Below, in pieces: positions 1-13,658 of a stretch of 64,000 bases of DNA (its first letter is position 1; each line of letters starts with the position of its first letter). The stretch lies in contig NC_092673.1 in NCBI RefSeq assembly GCF_964355755.1, positions 17,915,648 to 17,979,647 on the forward strand, in the 5' to 3' direction. Both the position numbers and the translations under genes were made by a program. The notes below the pieces were generated by a model. That model had not been told where the DNA came from, searched no databases, and saw only the letters and a list, made by a program, of their open reading frames with translations. This stretch comes from Antedon mediterranea. Taxonomy: Eukaryota; Animalia; Echinodermata.

Positions 1-3000
1 TTCTGTGTTCACTTTTTCTGTGTTCAGTTTTCTTTGTTCAGTTTTTCTTTGTTCACTTTGTCTTCACTTGTACTGTATTTACTTGTATTAACTTGTAATT
101 AATTTGTATGTATGGTTTTGTTTATTTTCTATATTTAGTTGGCTTTAATTGTGGTTATGTGTGCTGTGTCTTCCAAAGTTTGGCAGATCGGGTTTTCAAA
201 ACTGGAAAATAAAATGAAAACAATAATCAATTTGGTTTATTTAACATTGTGAAAGTGACAATCCAAGCCGTAGTTTGTGGTTGGATCAATTGAAGGGTGT
301 CGAGTGGGCAAGTGGCCAACCATATGTGTTATGTTAATGTGGGTGTAGGTAGCTTAGGCTCACGTAAACATAAAAGGGTTACTTTGAAGCCTAAAGTTGG
401 CTGACCACCAATAGAAATGGTAGTTGTACTATGGGTTACTTAGAAGGTTATTAGTACAGTAGTAATCACAGTAATTGAGCTATAGCTATAGCTTCACTTG
501 TTACGCAGACATCTCTTTGGTAAGCACTTGAGACTTGTTTTATTTATTTCATATAGGTTTATTATTATTACACAACACACAATTATTTATATTGTATTGT
601 TTTATCATGACAATTTGAAATGTAAGGTATACAGTGTATAATAGATACCGTAGATATTTTTCTATATTTATTGCTTATTTGTTATAGTAAATCAAATTGA
701 TGTCCCCGTTCGCAAGATACAAACGTTATACATAGGTTTAGAATATTGAATTCAGTTTAGTTAATAACTACTTTAAGCATGGTCCTCCTACAGGCGATAA
801 TTATATACTGTGAAAGGTAAACTGCAGTAAGGAATTGGTAATTAGAAAGAAATGTGGCCTTTGCAAATATGGGACTTAAGCAAAGTTAGGTAAAAGTGAA
901 ATTGCCTGTATTTCGTACACTTACCGTATCAAACTTCCGTTGCACGAGTCACACACCTGTAAGGGAAAAAGAACGGAATAATTAGATGTTTCCGTGCAAA
1001 CTAATTTTTCATAGCCAAATACAATGCAGCAGTCCCTAATGATGTACCTCACCTACAGTATCTAAACCACCTTTATAAAACAATGTTGAAATATGATAAT
1101 GAAATTTGAAGTACCATTTTCATTATGACCAAAGAAACTGAAGGGTCTTATAAACGCCACATCTTCCCTCCTCCATTTTTGATGTTATTGGCGTATAACA
1201 GTCCATGCATACCTAATAAATATAGGATTCTCCTGTTTACAAATAATAGGCAGGACAGGAAGTCCCGGTGTTGTGCAGCTGTGATAAGGTAATAACGGTG
1301 AGCGCTTATTTTGATGTAGTCTTTGTCATGTGGTCTTGAAAAACAAGTCGATACACCATAGGATGTAGTAATTCAATAGAAATGCTCATCTAGTAGGCCT
1401 GGTTGGGTTAATTAGGTGCAGTAAGTAGTTTGGTATGGAAATGATGACGTTTGATTGTGACTTTCTGCGACGCACCTTGGTATTTAGGCTTTGAAAGCCC
1501 TATGTATGACTGTACAGTTCACCGCTAATAAACGCTCCTTTTTATAAGTTTAAAATGCTGCAGGCCGTTTATTTAAACACAATACACGATCTGTACCTAA
1601 TATTCTAACAATGTGAACCATACTAATATTACCGTACCTTTCTACTGTAATCACAATAACGTACAGTCGTGCCAAGTACACTAATCAAACATTAACAACT
1701 GCAAATGAAAAACAACAGAATTGTAAGGTTTAACGGAACCAAAGTTAATAGCCAAATATAATGTCAACAATCCCCAATGATTAAATGCAACTGAAAAAAA
1801 ACTCAATAATAATATTAGTTGAAAACAAAGCCACCAGTCTCGCGATGGGAATGGAGTAGCACAATAATATCAATAAATTGTATGTGCCACATTTATGTAC
1901 CATGCCATAGGCCTCATCATTTACAATGTGGAGGTGTTCTATAAATAACATGTTTAGCTATTTATCGTAAATTGTTATCGTGGTATAAGAAGTATCAAAA
2001 TTACAGTAATGCCAGAGTGTATTATCTTATTCATTATTTAGGTCATTAGAGCAACATTATAATACTACAATAGTCCTATACATACAAGTACTTTTAGTAC
2101 ATTTATCATATTTGCCTTTTACTAAATCATGATCTGTTAAGTGCCACTAAAAACCTGAAGGAAACTTTAAAATAACTGATATATTTTATAGGCTCAGAAG
2201 GAAGATTAAAAAGGCCTGTCAAGTAGAGGCTGTTTGACGAGAATTACTGTACGAAACATTGGTCTGTTGCTATCTTAAACATGCCATATGACCTGATGTT
2301 ATATTTTAACAGTAACATGTATTCCTTGTACAAATTTTCAGAAATTGTAGATAAAGGGAAGTTTGAAGAACGACTAATTTGTTGGATTCTTACACTTACG
2401 GGATTTGAACTGGTGTAAACTTCTCGTTTAGATGTCAGAAATACAACAAACTGAAAGACAATACATTTGACGTCTTGTAAACAATGCATAAAAACCAATC
2501 ATACTAATGCAACATGGTAAACTATAGGAAGGAATTGCTACCTTGAAGATATTTGACTTTTGCGACTTATTCAAAGTCAGCTTAGGCAAAGTTGACTGTA
2601 TATCTGTGAAACTCACCGTACTATCAACATACAGTAATTCCACTGCACCAATCAAACAACTGCAAGGGGAAAACAACATAATAATAAGGTGTATCGGTTC
2701 GAACACATTTAAAATAACCAAATACGATGCACTAGCAGCGTTACAAATTGCCAATACCACACGCTTTTCAAACAAGATTTGAATAAGTAAGGAATGTTCT
2801 CAAAATGACAAAACATAATTAGGTAAAGTGCCAATTCAATACAATCTATTTTTTCTCACACAGTGGAATTGAATGCCTAATTGAGTCTATAGAAATAATT
2901 AAACACTCAATTCCTGTGTAATTGTAAATTGGTGAAACAACATTTACTTACACTATTTAGATAGTTCCAAATAAATCAAACTGTACGTCTGATTTAGCAG

Positions 3001-3584
3001 TAATGCTAGCAGGCAGCAAGCAGTCAATCAATTACTATTTCATACAATCTGAAAGAAAAATAACGAGTCTATTGCAAGTATCAGTTCACTGAATACTTTA
3101 TGGACTTTCAACCACAAGTGGTAAGAACATGTAAAATGTTTATATCTCACTTACCAATAAGAAGATAAACTAGAATTTAATTCGTCAGTTTGACGAATTG
3201 TAGGTGATCATTTTTCTAATTTTATTGACATTAATATGTTTAGATATACACGTACGTCAACATACAATCGGAAAATGTAGATGTATGCCATCCCATTATA
3301 CGCTTGTAGTGCTCAGTTGTGCCTACTGATATGCCATATACGTTATGTACAGTATATACTGTATATCTATATACAGTGTAGCATTGGTGAAATTAGGGAC
3401 ACACGTCATGTTCTAATTGTTTTGTATGATAGAATTATCAAAATAAACTCGAAAATGACAATTTCGAAAGACAATGAATTGAGCAAATAAATATAAGAAT
3501 TGGAAGAGAATTTGGCACCAAGAAGCGCTGTGAGCGCTCTTTGAAATGTGTATAACTTTGACGACAAAGATGAATAAACTACTC

Positions 3585-3900
3585 ATAGGCAAAATAATTA
3601 CATAAATTCGTATCTGCAATCCAATAGCTTTCAAACAACGTTTTAATGATGATTACCACTTTTGATTCTGACGAGCTAACATATTGAAAGTTATTTCAAA
3701 TTTGAAAACAAGTGACCCAAGTTATTTTCATTTTTAGACATGATGATGTCATAAGAAAAGAAATATTTTTAACTCATGCGAGAGATAGTTGAATGACGTA
3801 GACAATATTAAAATCTCGCGCAAATGGAATACGTATGAGCAAGATGAGCTCTGTTAAATGTGATGAACAATAACGAAAGAGAGAATAATCGATGTACGTT
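3585..3900 (-). mobile_element. Decayed fragment of the HINE (Helentron-type) family that forms the 23.6-47.6 kb block
   Basis: Motifs ttcgtatctgcaatccaatagctt, gacgagcta and aaatatttttaactcatgcg match the array unit in its reverse orientation (cf. 28950-29200). Confidence 0.75.
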
Positions 3901-4779
3901 GGAATATTGCACAAAGAAATATGTTATGGCATTATGACCACCAGTCTTTATTGTTATTTAAATTGAATTACGACATGTTTTAAATGTGCACTGTACCTAG
4001 GTAGGCCTTTATATGTTAAGTATCAGGCGTTTACTGTATACCGTACTATCTGGTTAGGTAGCCGCGGCATGTCCCTAGCACGGTTTATTATGTTATTTGT
4101 TAGAGCTTGGTCTGTTACTGTAATGAAATACTACAATAATAATAATGTTGATGATGATACTGTGGGTTTTGTCATTTTGTCCACTTATATAAAGTCATGT
4201 TGTGCGGTGTTGATTGTGTATGTTAAGAACTGTCCATACTATCAAAGTAAAGTACTTACACTGCACAAATCAAACACACACAAGGAAAAAATTGATTGAG
4301 TAAGGTGCATCAGTGCATAACAATTTGAAATAGGCAATACAATGCACCAGTCTTTATTGTTATCATTTGAATTAGGTTCGAATTATATACTGTTCCTAGA
4401 TATGCCTATATTAGATAGCAGCCCTGTAATGTATACTTTACTATATAGCTAGGTAGGCAGAGGCACGACCTTACCACGGATTGCATTGTATTTTGTTAGG
4501 GCTTCGTCGTCCGTTACTGTAATAATATAGTGTTGTCATTGTTAATAACAATATGTCTTTATTTTGTATAACAGGTGCCTTGACCATCTGTCTTAAGCGG
4601 AACATACATATGTAACATCGGTAATAACTACACCATGTACATATTTCTGTTTGGAAAAGTCCATGACTTATTCTCGGTCTGTGAATAATAATATTAATAT
4701 TGAACTTCGGAAATCCAAGTTGCCATAGTAAGCCAATTCAATTTAGGAGAAGTCAGCAGGTGTTTATGGGAAATGTACC

Positions 4780-7390
4780 TCACATGTCACTATACAAAGA
4801 CAACCCAATTTATGAGATTGACAACAACAGTTATGGGAAGGCGAGGCCATGATTCCCGTGTATATACATAGGAAATTGGCTAGCGTGAATGGTTTGTAAT
4901 GAATTTACACCCGCTACGGTTTCATACGCCGGCGAGTCACTTTTTCTCTCTATTTCCCCGATAACTGATGATGTCAAATGAATACATACCTTATCACAAA
5001 CTTGAAAAGCACAACCTTATTTTCCGTTTGGGGGCCCAATTATACCTCAAATTGATTTAGGTACACGCGTTCAGTCTTTATTGTTGTCACAAATGACTCG
5101 ACCTTACAAATATTATAGCCCGAACGTCTAGCTAGCGTTACCAGTTTGTGCCTGACTCAATATGTAGGTCAGTCCGGCCTGCATCTTGTCGGCCATTTCC
5201 TGATTTCTCCTAAGCGTGTGTGGATTATCTGGAAGCTGTAGTAGGTTCAATTCAAATTCAATAGGATCTGTACTATAAATATTACTTACCCCCACTATGC
5301 ACCTGGCTATTACTTACCAATATTAGTAGGAGACTGCGATATAATCCTTAGATTTATATTAAAACTTTATTTAACAGGAACAGCCAAAGTAGTATGAATA
5401 TAATTGTCTCGCTTACAATAAGCAAATACCACACCCCGGATGACCAAGGTTACGGGCGGCCGTTAGAGCCAAAATAATCCAGACATGGGAATTCTGCAAT
5501 TGAAAATTGATAAATGGTTAATAATTAGTGTATTTTCATAAATATTAATGTGATGTATTTACATGTTTGTTTTGTAGATATTACATATTTTTTGTGCAGG
5601 TCAGGATATGTCCTTCCTAGTGATGAGGGTACTAAGAACATTTGTAAGAAAAACATCTTGAAAGACTGAGTGGCATGCAACATTTTGGACCTATTCCCAT
5701 TGACGTGTCTGGTTACAAAAGTGGACACACAAATAATGTCATTGGACATAACTAACCAGGAAGAATAATGCGTTGATAAAAGAGGTGATTTTTGGAAAGC
5801 AAGGTTGTGTGGATACAGTTGTTCGCTCATTTGGTCTAAAAGAAGTTAGTTTTATTTTCAAACCTTCTCCCCCTATAGTTAGGAACAGTAGAAGGCATAC
5901 TATTTTAATTTAAGTTTTTGTTATTGCTATACAATTTGTCACAGACGTGATATGGTAGACAATAAATGAGATGAAGTTAATCTAAAGATTTCTTGTAGTT
6001 ATTAACAAACATCGTAGGTGTCATAATGTTCAACGATGAAAAAGAAGTGGACAGATAGGACAGACGAACAACTGCCAAACCAACAGGAAAATGGAATATA
6101 AAACACATATCTTTAGAAATCAGGTATCCTAGAACATGTTATAGGTTAGCAGATTTCTAACAGAAGTGAAATGCTATGATGCGATCAAATTAATGTTTGC
6201 CGCCCTCTATCATGGTAAAATGCATTACACATTTTTAAACATTATGTAGGCTACCAATATTTGTCGCTTGTATTCCAATTTGCACACGATTTAAACGGGT
6301 CGGGTCAGTCTAATTACCGAGAACAACCGAAAACAACCACAAACAACCGACAACAACCGTAAACAACCGACAACAAACTGAAAACAAGCCGAAACCAAAA
6401 TAAAAAAGCTAAATACCCAGATCAAATTTGTTGAATATTTCTTTGAATTTCGCCGTCTATTCATGGGGGTCTGAGGCTAAGTAAGCTAAGACCATACAGA
6501 GGGGAAACTACGCGCGTAAAAGCCAAGGAGATCCCTACGAAATGACAGTGTGCACAAAATACAACTCAAAATCGACCAAATTTAATGAAATACACCGCAG
6601 ACTGCATTACAAAACATATATCTTTCTAGTCTTCAAAAACAAAGCGTGATTATATCTGACTTTGCGTTTCGTCCGCAGTTTTCGCCACCTAAGTTAATAC
6701 TGAAGTGATAGGCATAAAAACATTATTTACTCGACTACGGTAATTGTACTAAAAAGATTTTGTGAATCTTTTAGCGCGATCTTGTTTTAAGTATACTTTA
6801 TAGACCCTAATTATATTATTCGTATTCTTAAAAATATCATTTTTGTATTATTATCTTTGGAATCCTATAAGTAAATTGATAATGATTAACCATAGTAAAT
6901 TTACTTTCTGTACTAGGTATTAACGTAATAACAATTATTGTGAGGAGTAAATCCTTTGGTTTTTGGATCAAAAATCGGAAGACTGAAAATAATGACTTTT
7001 CCGCGCCGCCGGTGTTCTCTTAGTTACGGTCTTCACAAACACCCATCAATAGAGGGCGACATCACTGAAAATATTATACGACATTGGTTTTAGGTATTTA
7101 GATTATTGTATTTTGATTTAGGTTTGTTCTGGGTTGTTATTAGTTGTTCATGGTTGTTGCCTGTTGTTTTGTTGTTTTCGGTTGTTTTCGGTAATTAAAT
7201 TCGTTTTAAAGCCATTATACTGGATGAAGTGGCTTATTACAAAAGAATAAAAACAATGAACCCGCAATGACATGTCCCATTCAAACGCATCCGGCATTTA
7301 CAGTTATTAGCGTAACATGCTGAAGGGCAAGAAACCCCCTCACGGAATGTCGGTACGTTAAGAAAACCTCACCGGATCAATATAGTGAGT
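4780..7390 (+). repeat. Left arm of an old inverted duplication
   Basis: Colinear reverse-complement match to 19695-23072. Examples: 4846-4904 gccatgattcccgtgtatatac...gtaatgaat vs 22951-23009; ORF 5525-5830(-) is similar to ORF 21139-21354(+). Confidence 0.9.
6302..7200. mobile_element. MITE, family GGTCAGTCTAATTACCG (older copy)
   Basis: Terminus gggtcagtctaattaccga, subterminal (aaaacaaccg)n / (cggttgtttt)n 10-bp repeats, and internal sequence shared with 11407-12455 and 19872-20695. Confidence 0.8.
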
Positions 7391-8149
7391 CCAAAATATG
7401 TAACTTCTTCCCAAAGTACGAACTTAAGCCCAGTAAACTAGCCTTGAGGGCGTTAATCGTTTTCCACAATTCAGATGTTGTCTACAGTACGTCAATTTGG
7501 GGGACCTGGTAATTTCATACAATACGTCAACTTGCAGACGCCAAACACTATCTGAAATATTGAAGTGCTTTGTTGCAATACGGTAGGCTGGCGAAATGTA
7601 ACATTTTATATTGGTAGTGCAAGGTAAAAACTCACCGGAAAAACCCCAAGTGATAGTTTAGGTGAATAACCCAACCAGGCCCTGCAACACAATGTTAATG
7701 TATGTTGTATGTAAACAGCAACTGTCGCTCTTCTCCCGCTATTTCAGATCCTCGTTCAACACTGCCGGTTCAGTCACGCGTGAAATACAATATTCCTAGA
7801 AAAGCCCGACTCCCCTCTCTGTTTTCAAATCTGTATAAGACATATCAATTTGTTTTCCTCAATGGCCAAACAAAAGAAGTTAATGGCACTAAACAATTAG
7901 CGATTCCTTTTAAGCCGTTAAGGGAATGTAATACTCTAATCGGTTACTATTCTGTTCTTCATTGGCGCACAAATGTGGGACAAAAATCGTATGGCAAGCC
8001 GTTTTATCATGTATCCTTGAATTAATGTTAAGTTGAATACATTTCACTGAAGTGCAGTGGTATTCAAGTGCAATACATTCAACTTAAACTGCAATACATT
8101 CTATTTGCAGTGAGGTTCAATTGCATCCCAGTGGGCACAGAACATAATT

Positions 8150-10330
8150 TCAACGTTGAATCAACGTTGAAATATAGTTGATTTGTTGAAATCATGTTGT
8201 CAGCGTATTTCAAACGTTGAATCAACGTTGAAATAACATTTTTTCCCTAACTATTTTTTTTACGTTTAGTAATAAACATTGAATCAACGTTGAAATAACA
8301 TTTTCTTTTTAACTAGTAATTTATGTTAATTAATAAATGTTGATTTAACGTTGAAATAACATTGTTTTTCAAACAAATGTTTTACGTTAATTTATAAATG
8401 TTGATTCAACGTTGAAATAACATTGTATTTTTAACTAGAAATTTACGTTAATTTATCAATGTTGATCCAACGTTAAAATAACATTGTCCTTCTAACTAGT
8501 AAATTACGTTAATTTATCAATGTTGATTTAACGTTGAAATAACATTGTCTTTCTAACTAGTAATTTACGTTAATTTGTCAATGTTGATCCAACGTTGAAA
8601 TAACATTGTATTTTTAACTAGAAATTTACGTTAATTTATCAATGTTGATCCAACGTTGAAATAATCTTGTATTTTTAACTAGAAATTTACGTTAATTTAT
8701 CAATGTTGATCCAACATTGAAATAACATTGTATTTCTAACTAGAAATTTACGTTTTATTATCAATGTTGATCCAACGTTCAAATAACATTGTCTTTCTAA
8801 CTAGTAATTTACGTTAATTTATCAATGTTGATTTAACGTTGAAATAACATTGTCTTTCTAACTAGAAATTTACGTTAATTTATCAATGTTGATCCAACGT
8901 TGAAATAACATTGTATTTCTAACTAGAAATTTTCGTTTTATTATCAATGTTGATCCAACGTTGAAATAACATTGTCTTTCTAACTAGTAATTTAAGTTAA
9001 TTTATCAATGTTGATCCAACGTTGAAATAACATTGTCTTTCTAACTAGTAATTTACCTTAATTTATCAATGTTGATCCAACGTTAAAATCACATTGTATT
9101 TTTAACTCGAAATTTAAGTTAATTTATCAATGTTGATCCAACGTTGAAATAACATTGTATTTTTAACTAGTAATTTACGTTAATTTATCAATGTTGATCC
9201 AACGTTGAAATAACATTGTATTTTTAACTAGTAATTTACGTTAATTTATCAATGTTGATCCAACGTTGAAATAACAATGTATTTTTAACTAGAAATTTAC
9301 GTTAATTTATTAATGTTGATCCAACGTTGAAATAACATTGTATTTTTAACTAGAAATTTACGTTAATTTATTAATGTTAATCCAACGTTGAAATAACATT
9401 GTCTTTTTAACTAGTAATTTAAGTTAATTTATCATTGTTGATCCAACGTTGAAATAACATTGTCTTTCTAACTAGTAATTTACGTTAATTTATCAATGTT
9501 GATCCAACGTTAAAATCACATAGTATTTTTAACTAGAAATTTACGTTAATTTATCAATGTTGATCCAACGTTGAAATAACATTGTATTTTAAACTAGTAA
9601 TTTACGTTAATTTATCAATGTTGATCCAACGTTAAAATCACATAGTATTTTTAACTAGAAATTTACGTTAATTTATCAATGTTGATCCAACGTTGAAATA
9701 ACATTGTATTTTTAACTAGTAATTTACGTTAATTTATCAATGTTGATCCAACGTTGAAATAACATTGTATTTCTAACTAGTAATTTACGTTAATTTATCA
9801 ATGTTGATCCTACGTTGAAATAACATTGTATTTTTAACTAGAAATTTACGTTAATTTATTAATGTTGATCCAACGTTGAAATAACATTGTCTTTCTAACT
9901 AGTAATTTACGTTAATTTATCAATGTTGATACAACGTTGAAATAACATTGTCTTTATATCTAGAAATTTACGTTAATTTATCAATGTTGATCCAACGTTG
10001 AAATAACATTGTATTTTTAACAAGAAATTTACATTAATTTATCAATGTTGATCCAACGTTGCAATAACATTGTATTTTTAACTAGAAATTTACGTTAATT
10101 TATCAATGTTGATCCAACGTTGAAATAACATTGTATTTCTAACTAGTAATTTACGTTAATTTATCAATGTTGATCCAACGTTGAAATAACAATTGTATTT
10201 TTAACAAGAAATTTACGTTAATTTATCAATGTTGCTCCAACGTTGAAATAACATTGTCTTTCTAACTAGTAATTGACGTTAATTTATCAATGTTGATCCA
10301 ACGTTGAAATAACATTGTATTTCTAACTAA
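8150..10330. repeat. 61-bp tandem array, ~35 copies (left subterminal repeats)
   Basis: Unit AATGTTGATCCAACGTTGAAATAACATTGTATTTTTAACTAGAAATTTACGTTAATTTATC, starting at 8580, 8641, 8702 and so on. Confidence 0.97.
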
Positions 10331-11406
10331 TAATTTTTTTCAAACAATTATTATTTTTGTTTTTCAATGTTATTCCAACGTTATTTTAACGTTGAAATCC
10401 AGTTGCCATTTTCAAATGACATGTTTTCAACGTTGAAAAACTCTTGAAATTATGTTGTTTTTTCAAACAATTATTATTTTTGTTTTTCAATGTTAATTAA
10501 ACGTTAAATTAAAGATAAATTCTATTTAATACTTAAATTTTTTAATACTAAGTGCGTTGCCATTGATGTTTCAACGTTAAATTAACATTAGATTTCAGTT
10601 GGCGGTTTATTTTATCATCCTTTATTGTAAAACAAATGATTATTGGTTATTTAGGAATTTTAGATTGGCAAATATTATTGTCTCTGTATAATACAAAAAT
10701 GTTCTAGAAGTTGTGTTGAAAATTGAATGATCCCTTCATTCATGATATGCAAGATCAAATTTCATAAGATACGAGCTTGTCATTGGTTTAGTTTCGTTTT
10801 GATAAAATTTTGAAACTGGTGTCAGTAATTTCAGTTACTTCGACGTAGGAGGCCTACAGTAGTAGTGGTGTGTAGAAAAAAAAGGCTCATCATTGAAATT
10901 GTCAAATAAGTATGTTTTGAGGTAGGAAAACAATCTTTTTTATTTGTAATCTACTAATTTTTAAGCTTTGAGCTTGACTATTTTACCCTTATCAATAGCT
11001 AGCCTCTAGTCTAGTAGGCCACACATGCATAGCTAGGCTATTATAGCCTGGTAGGCTAGGCCTAGAGGCTAGGCAGGCTGCCAAACTGATGAACTGAATT
11101 CACTCACTAGGCCTAGTGGAAGCATTTAGTATTATGCATGTCAAGGGCAAACATTTGCCTTGTCAAGGATAACTACAGTACTGTACTTATTATGGTTATA
11201 AAATGGTATGTATTACTAGGCCTTTTAGTTCAATACTTTCTTTATTTATCCAAAAGTATACATATATAACATTATAATAATATATATAATTAGTTGGCCT
11301 AGCTAGCTTTCTGCTAGAGTAGACTGTCTACAGTAGCTGCTAATGCTATTATTAGTGTTAATATACAAACACATGCTGCTAGCCTAGGACGGCTATTTGT
11401 TAAACT

Positions 11407-12455
11407 GGGTCAGTCTAATTACCGAAAACAACCAAAAATAACCGAAAACAACCGAAAACAACCGCAAACAACCGAAAACAACCGTAAACAACCGAAAACA
11501 AACCGAAAACAAAATTTAAAAAATCTAAATACCGAAAACAAATTTTGTATAATATTTTTTTTTAATGTCGCCCTCTATTGATGGGTGTTTCTAAAGCTAA
11601 GACCAAACACAGAGGCGCAAAAATCATGGAAGACCCTACGAAATGGTAGTGTGCACAAAATACAACTCAAAATCGTACAAATTCAATGAAATACACCGTA
11701 GACTACATTTACTTACAAAATCTATAAACACATTTCGTTTTTAGTCTTTTCAAAAACAAAGCATGATTTTACCTAACTTTGCGTTTTCGTCCCCGGTTTC
11801 GTCACTTAAGTGAATACTGAAGCGATTAAGGATAAAAACGTTATTTACTCGACTACAGTAATTTTACTGAATAGATTTTATTGTGAATCCTTTATAGTGA
11901 GCTTCTTTTAAGTATACTTTATAGTCCCTAGTATCTTTGTATAATTATCTTTGAAAATCTATAATTAAATTGATCATGATTAACCATAGTCAATTTACTT
12001 TCTATACTATGGATTAACATATTCTAATTATTGTAAGGAGTAATGCGCTGGTTTCTGGATCAAAAATCGAAAGACTAAAATTAAAATATTTTTATAGATT
12101 TTGTAAGTAAATGCGATGTTATCAATTGATTGATTGTACGATTTTTAGTTGTATTTTGTGCACACTGCCATCGTAGGGTCTTCCTTGGCTTTTGCGCGCG
12201 CGGTTTTTTGCCTCTGTTATGGTCTTAGATTTAGAAACACCCATCAATAGAGGGCGACATTTAAAAAATATTATACAAATTTGTTTTCGGTATTTAGATT
12301 ATTTTATGTTGTTTTCGGTTTGTTTTCGGTTCGTTTTCGGTTGTTTATGGTTGTTTTCGGTTGTTTATGGTTGTTTTCGGTTGTTTGTGGTTGTTTTCGG
12401 TTGTTTATGGTTGTTTTCGGTTATTTTCGGTTGTTTTCGGTAATTAGACTGACCG
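11407..12455. mobile_element. Young MITE with long TIRs and 8-bp TSD, nested in the EnSpm-like element
   Basis: GGGTCAGTCTAATTACCG...CGGTAATTAGACTGACCG; TSD GTTAAACT at 11399-11406 and 12456-12463; 10-bp subterminal repeats. Confidence 0.9.
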
Positions 12456-12669
12456 GTTAAACTTACTTGCTTTCTTTATTTCAGATTGTAGGCCTAGCTA
12501 AGGCCCTGGCCTATGCCTAGCTAGAGTACAAAATAATGAAGTACATGTAGGCTTATAATCTTTTCTATGTGAATCAAACGAGAAAAATCTAATGGATGAT
12601 CAATATTTTTATATACAAAAGGTTGGTATTTATAGTTCTTAACTTTAATATTGAATTGAATAAATATTA

Positions 12670-13658
12670 CGCCGTCGTTAGGATTCCGGCACCGCAACTC
12701 AACTTCTCATCGTTAGGGAATCCGACACGCTATTGCGCATGCCCAGAGCGAAGTAATTATAGCTTGCACTAGTGCCACAGACCGCGCACCACATTACCCG
12801 AGAGTCGGAGTGTTAACTAGGGATGTACTGTGTAGCCAAAGATATCTTTGCTGTGGCCTAGTTAGTCGGCGCGCGGGGGAGAGAGCGATGGATGAAACTT
12901 GGCCTAGGCCATACATGAATTAATAATTACGCCACGCGTTAAAATAATTATTATGATATTGATAAGAATCAGCTTGCGTATTTCAAGAAATGTACGAAAA
13001 TGAATAGCGTAGCGTTGCGACATCGACTTCTCCCGAACAGTTCTGTTTTTTTTTTTTTCAAATCCGCACGGCGGCTGCTGTCAACAAATCAACTTGTATA
13101 CGATTGCATGATGTTAATATGTACAGTATAAATGCGTTATATGAAATCTTTTATTTTGTACTTGAAAAATCATAAAAAATAAAACTAGTCATGCAATTAT
13201 TATAATTCATAAATATATAAAGTTTATATATGAATGAAGCAAATTTAATTACGAAATAAATAGGCCCAATGGTCACATCTAGCTGGTAGGCCTACTAGTA
13301 TTAGTAGGCATGTAGGCCGGCTAGTTCGCCGTGGCGCAGCTATTAAAATGATCCATCTCTGTAAAGCTTGGTTCCCACTAGAACGTAACGCAAGGACATA
13401 AACGCAACGCAAGCGTTTTAACCAATGACAAGCGAAGTTATAGACAGTTAGCAATCACAAGCGAATAAGCCATCGCTTGTGATTGGTCAATTTACTTGCG
13501 TTGCGTTACGTTCTTGTGTTGCGTCGCTAGTGGGAACCACGCTTTGGTCTGTTGTAGACAAAAATCGCCGATTACCTTGCTCTGGGCATGCGCAATAGCG
13601 TGTCGGATTCCCTAACGCTGGGCAGTTGAGTTTCGGTGCCGGAATCCTAACCACGGCG
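12670..13658. mobile_element. Mutator (MULE)-like non-autonomous element, nested
   Basis: ~90-bp TIRs (CGCCGTCGTTAGGATTCCGGCACCG.../...CGGTGCCGGAATCCTAACCACGGCG) and perfect 9-bp TSD TAAATATTA at 12661-12669 and 13659-13667. Confidence 0.88.
13364..13544. mobile_element. Small PIF/Harbinger-like MITE nested in the MULE-like element
   Basis: TIR AAGCTTGGTTCCCACTAG...CTAGTGGGAACCACGCTT and a palindromic body. A related decayed copy lies at ~19375-19500. Confidence 0.7.

Noticed and set aside
8150-10330. Regular palindromic repeats resembling a CRISPR array
   Set aside because: The whole 61-bp unit repeats with no unique spacers, there are no cas genes, and the context is a eukaryotic transposon.
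12192-12443. Hydrophobic 83-aa ORF
   Set aside because: It is a translation of the MITE's 10-bp subterminal repeats.
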